The position numbers and the translations under genes are program-made. A stretch of DNA of 48,156 nt, the filler included, from Sphacelaria rigidula (Eukaryota), in NCBI GenBank assembly GCA_964200075.2. It is 2 parts of 2 records of this genome, joined end to end, with 100 filler letters (N's around TTAATTAATTAA, not from the genome) between each part and the next. Parts side by side here need not be neighbours in the genome. Positions count along the whole stretch, not along the records: positions 24,133 to 48,156 come from CAXNAA020000230.1; 1 more part is not named here. The stretch is one strand, 5' to 3'. The notes below the pieces were generated by a model, which was not told the DNA's origin, searched no databases, and saw nothing but the letters and a program-made list of their open reading frames with translations. Shown here piece after piece: positions 45,572-48,156 of the stretch; position 1 is the first letter of the stretch, and each line of letters begins with the position of its first letter.

Positions 45572-46009
45572 TGACAGCTCTGGCACTCTTTCTCCTTCAC
45601 GCCGACGGCTCAGATGCCACCAAAGAAGGCGAGTCCCATCGCTCTTCTTCGAGGGCGTCTGTCTCTTCTGTCCCTTTTCCATTACATTCCAATGTCAGCA
45701 AGGATAGGAAAATTGGGAGCGCGATGCGAAGCAGAGCGATCTATATTTCACCAGACTCGCTGCACTCGCTGTAGTCTGTAACAGTTGTACAACGAATTCC
45801 AATGACGAAAAAAGGCTTCGTCGCGCACTTGAAATATTGAATGGCTCCGTCCAGGTGATAATTAGAGGCTTATTTGCAAGCGTCACGAGGAGTATACCAT
45901 CACAACGCTGACATGAGGCCCTAGGAGGGTGAGTCGCCAGCCAAAGCTACTGCATCGTATTCTATACTGCTTATATTTGGTTCGGTAAGGATTGAGCCCA
46001 AACATTCAT

Positions 46010-46308
46010 GCCCTCGTCCTCCACCCACCTTTTCACACTCATTCCATCCCCTCCCTCGAGACGGGTCCCTAGTCTCGGGAGATCAAATCCATCTTTCCCC
46101 CGGGACGTGCCCAACACTTCGCTGTCGTGGATACGATCAGCACTCGCGCGCCGCGTCGACCGTCATGAGTGTCCTTTGCTACTCACGTTCGCCCGTTTTG
46201 AACGGACCGCCGATCCTGCGATGAAGATTCGCATCTGCCGGAATTTAAACCCGCAACCATACACCCTAGCTGGCTATTGGTGTAGAAGTTACACCACCGT
46301 GGCGCGGC
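46010..46308 (-). mobile_element. tRNA-derived SINE, family 2
   Basis: Minus strand reads GCCGCGCCACGGTGGTGTAAC...GGGTTTAAATTCC; body aligns to 5093-5390. Confidence 0.6.
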
Positions 46309-48156
46309 AGTAAAACACTGCATGTTTTTGGCCAAAATGCTTGAGTGTTGAATCAGTATTGACGAGTTGCTTGGCGTGAACATACTCACGGACGATTAAC
46401 TTTTGAGTGTTGGGTAAAACCCACTTGATACTCGTGTGAGGAAAAACTACATTTTTTTTCCAGTGTGAGATGAATACCTAGTGTGGGGTCAGAGAGACAA
46501 GATATTGCGCGAGGCACTCTACCGTATACAGAACCTAGAAATACCCATTCGCAGCCGATAGGGTGCCAGCACCTGAAAGCCGGTTGATATCCCCCAGCAT
46601 TGCCAGTATTTCACCTGTCGATTCGAACATCTGTACGCGTGTGTAGTGGAGGTGACAATCCCTATAGTTGGACATGAGGCATGGATTGGTTGACAACTGT
46701 ATACGGCATATTTGTACGAAGTTGCGTACGTCATTTTCGAAACTCGTGGGGGGAGGTGGGGTGGCGGAGGATGTGGTTGACTTATCATTCTACCGCTCTC
46801 CCTCAGAGTGGATTCGCCATATTTTTACGTCATTGCGCCATGTTATCCGGGCACACTGCAGCATACCGCGAGAGCAACTGATTGTGCTAGCGATTGTAAC
46901 ATACCTCGTGTTTGGAGGGCAGCCCGTGATGGATATTCCGAGGGTGCAATATGTCATGTGAGACAAAAGAGGGCAGAGGTTGTCGCTGCTTTTGTGCTCG
47001 CTCGTCCCCGTTGCGAAGCAGTACATCGTTGCGGGAGTCTACCGCTCTCGTACTGTTCCTTTGATGCTGATGCAAGCGACGCCAATAGTGTTGAAATCAT
47101 CAGCATTTGATTTTGAAACGTCTACAGGATTTGCGCAAACTTGAGTCAACTAAACGTTCTATTCGAGTATTATGCCATAACTTGGCGCACAAGTCGCATT
47201 TGGCTTTACTTGAGTAGTCTGTCGCGCTCCGTAGTGTGTCAAAATACCAGAACATTGCATACGATATACATATCGCGAGCGTTCCATATAAAATGATATC
47301 GGTTGAAACACTTGAATGCTGCAATCAGCTACGTGGAAAAAAATAGGCGGTGGTGAAAATGCCGCGATACTGAAAGCGTACGTGAACTGATTGAAGTACA
47401 GCCCATACCCGACGCACTGAATACGCGGGGTTGTGCCGACCTTCAAGCGCAAGAGACAAATGCTGGTCATACGATACGACACCTGTATCAAACCAGTACA
47501 AGAATAATGGATGGACGACTCAAGGCCAAAGGCATCCAAGACGTCAAGAACGAATCTTTGATAGCACAAGGCCCATAAAACTTGAATTAGAGACCAGTCA
47601 TGCGCGGCGGAATTGGCAAATAGGTAATCTTTTGATACGTCTACAAGCACAATCTTGGGCTTGAGTGGCTGTTGACAGTTTTTTCTTCAGTATGAACTTT
47701 ATGCAGTCGTGTTTTGGAGGATCAAATTGAAGACATTCTTCGGTTTGTAGAACAAGGGTACTTACATATTACTACTAGAGCCTCGTATAGATTTAGGCCT
47801 AGCCTCTATACGCCCTATACTAAATGATATTTCATATACCTTAGTTGTGGAGGATATCTCTTTGCAGTGATATACCAGAGACTGATGTCACACGTGTGTG
47901 CAGACCCAGCGCAAGCAGGGACAAAGTAGGAACGCTCCGGAAGGACCAGACTACCGAGGAACCTGTAATGCCGACGTAACTAGGTAACTCGGGGTGATGC
48001 CAGGAAGAGCCTAATATAGGACGGTCCAACATCCCCCGAGGACTTGGTCGCCCCTATCGACCACTTCTCGTCTGACCCCACTTCTTGCCTACATATACAA
48101 GAGGAAGTCATCGCCAGCCTCGGAGTTCCTTCGACATCAGGACGGCAGTCTCCCCC

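Overview
Eukaryotic, intron-rich and transposon-dense DNA. The GT..AG introns, exon style and element types suggest a stramenopile, most likely a brown alga (inference). Host genes on the + strand: (1) a 5-exon gene (812-5743, 326 spliced codons, 3' end not found) that fuses a YqiA/YcfP-like alpha/beta hydrolase to a CYTH (thiamine-triphosphatase-like) domain within a single exon; (2) three internal exons of an atypical SDR/NAD(P)-binding Rossmann protein (12808-22922) with a 9-kb TE-filled intron; (3) a probable first coding exon at 41557-41675. Mobile DNA: a decayed two-LTR Ty3/Gypsy element on the - strand (24324-34689) inserted into a GGGCCC-ended MITE; a 5'-truncated Gypsy on the + strand (~17050-21234); a tail-to-tail pair of RTE-like LINE 3' ends; two tRNA-derived SINE families; a 98-bp piggyBac-type MITE; a TIR element filled with tandem repeats; and several tandem duplications. 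Both Gypsy integrases end in a chromodomain followed by a second, Tudor-like domain. A 100-bp N/TTAATTAATTAA/N spacer at 24033-24132 is an assembly join, so continuity across it is not guaranteed. All alignments and identities were judged by eye.
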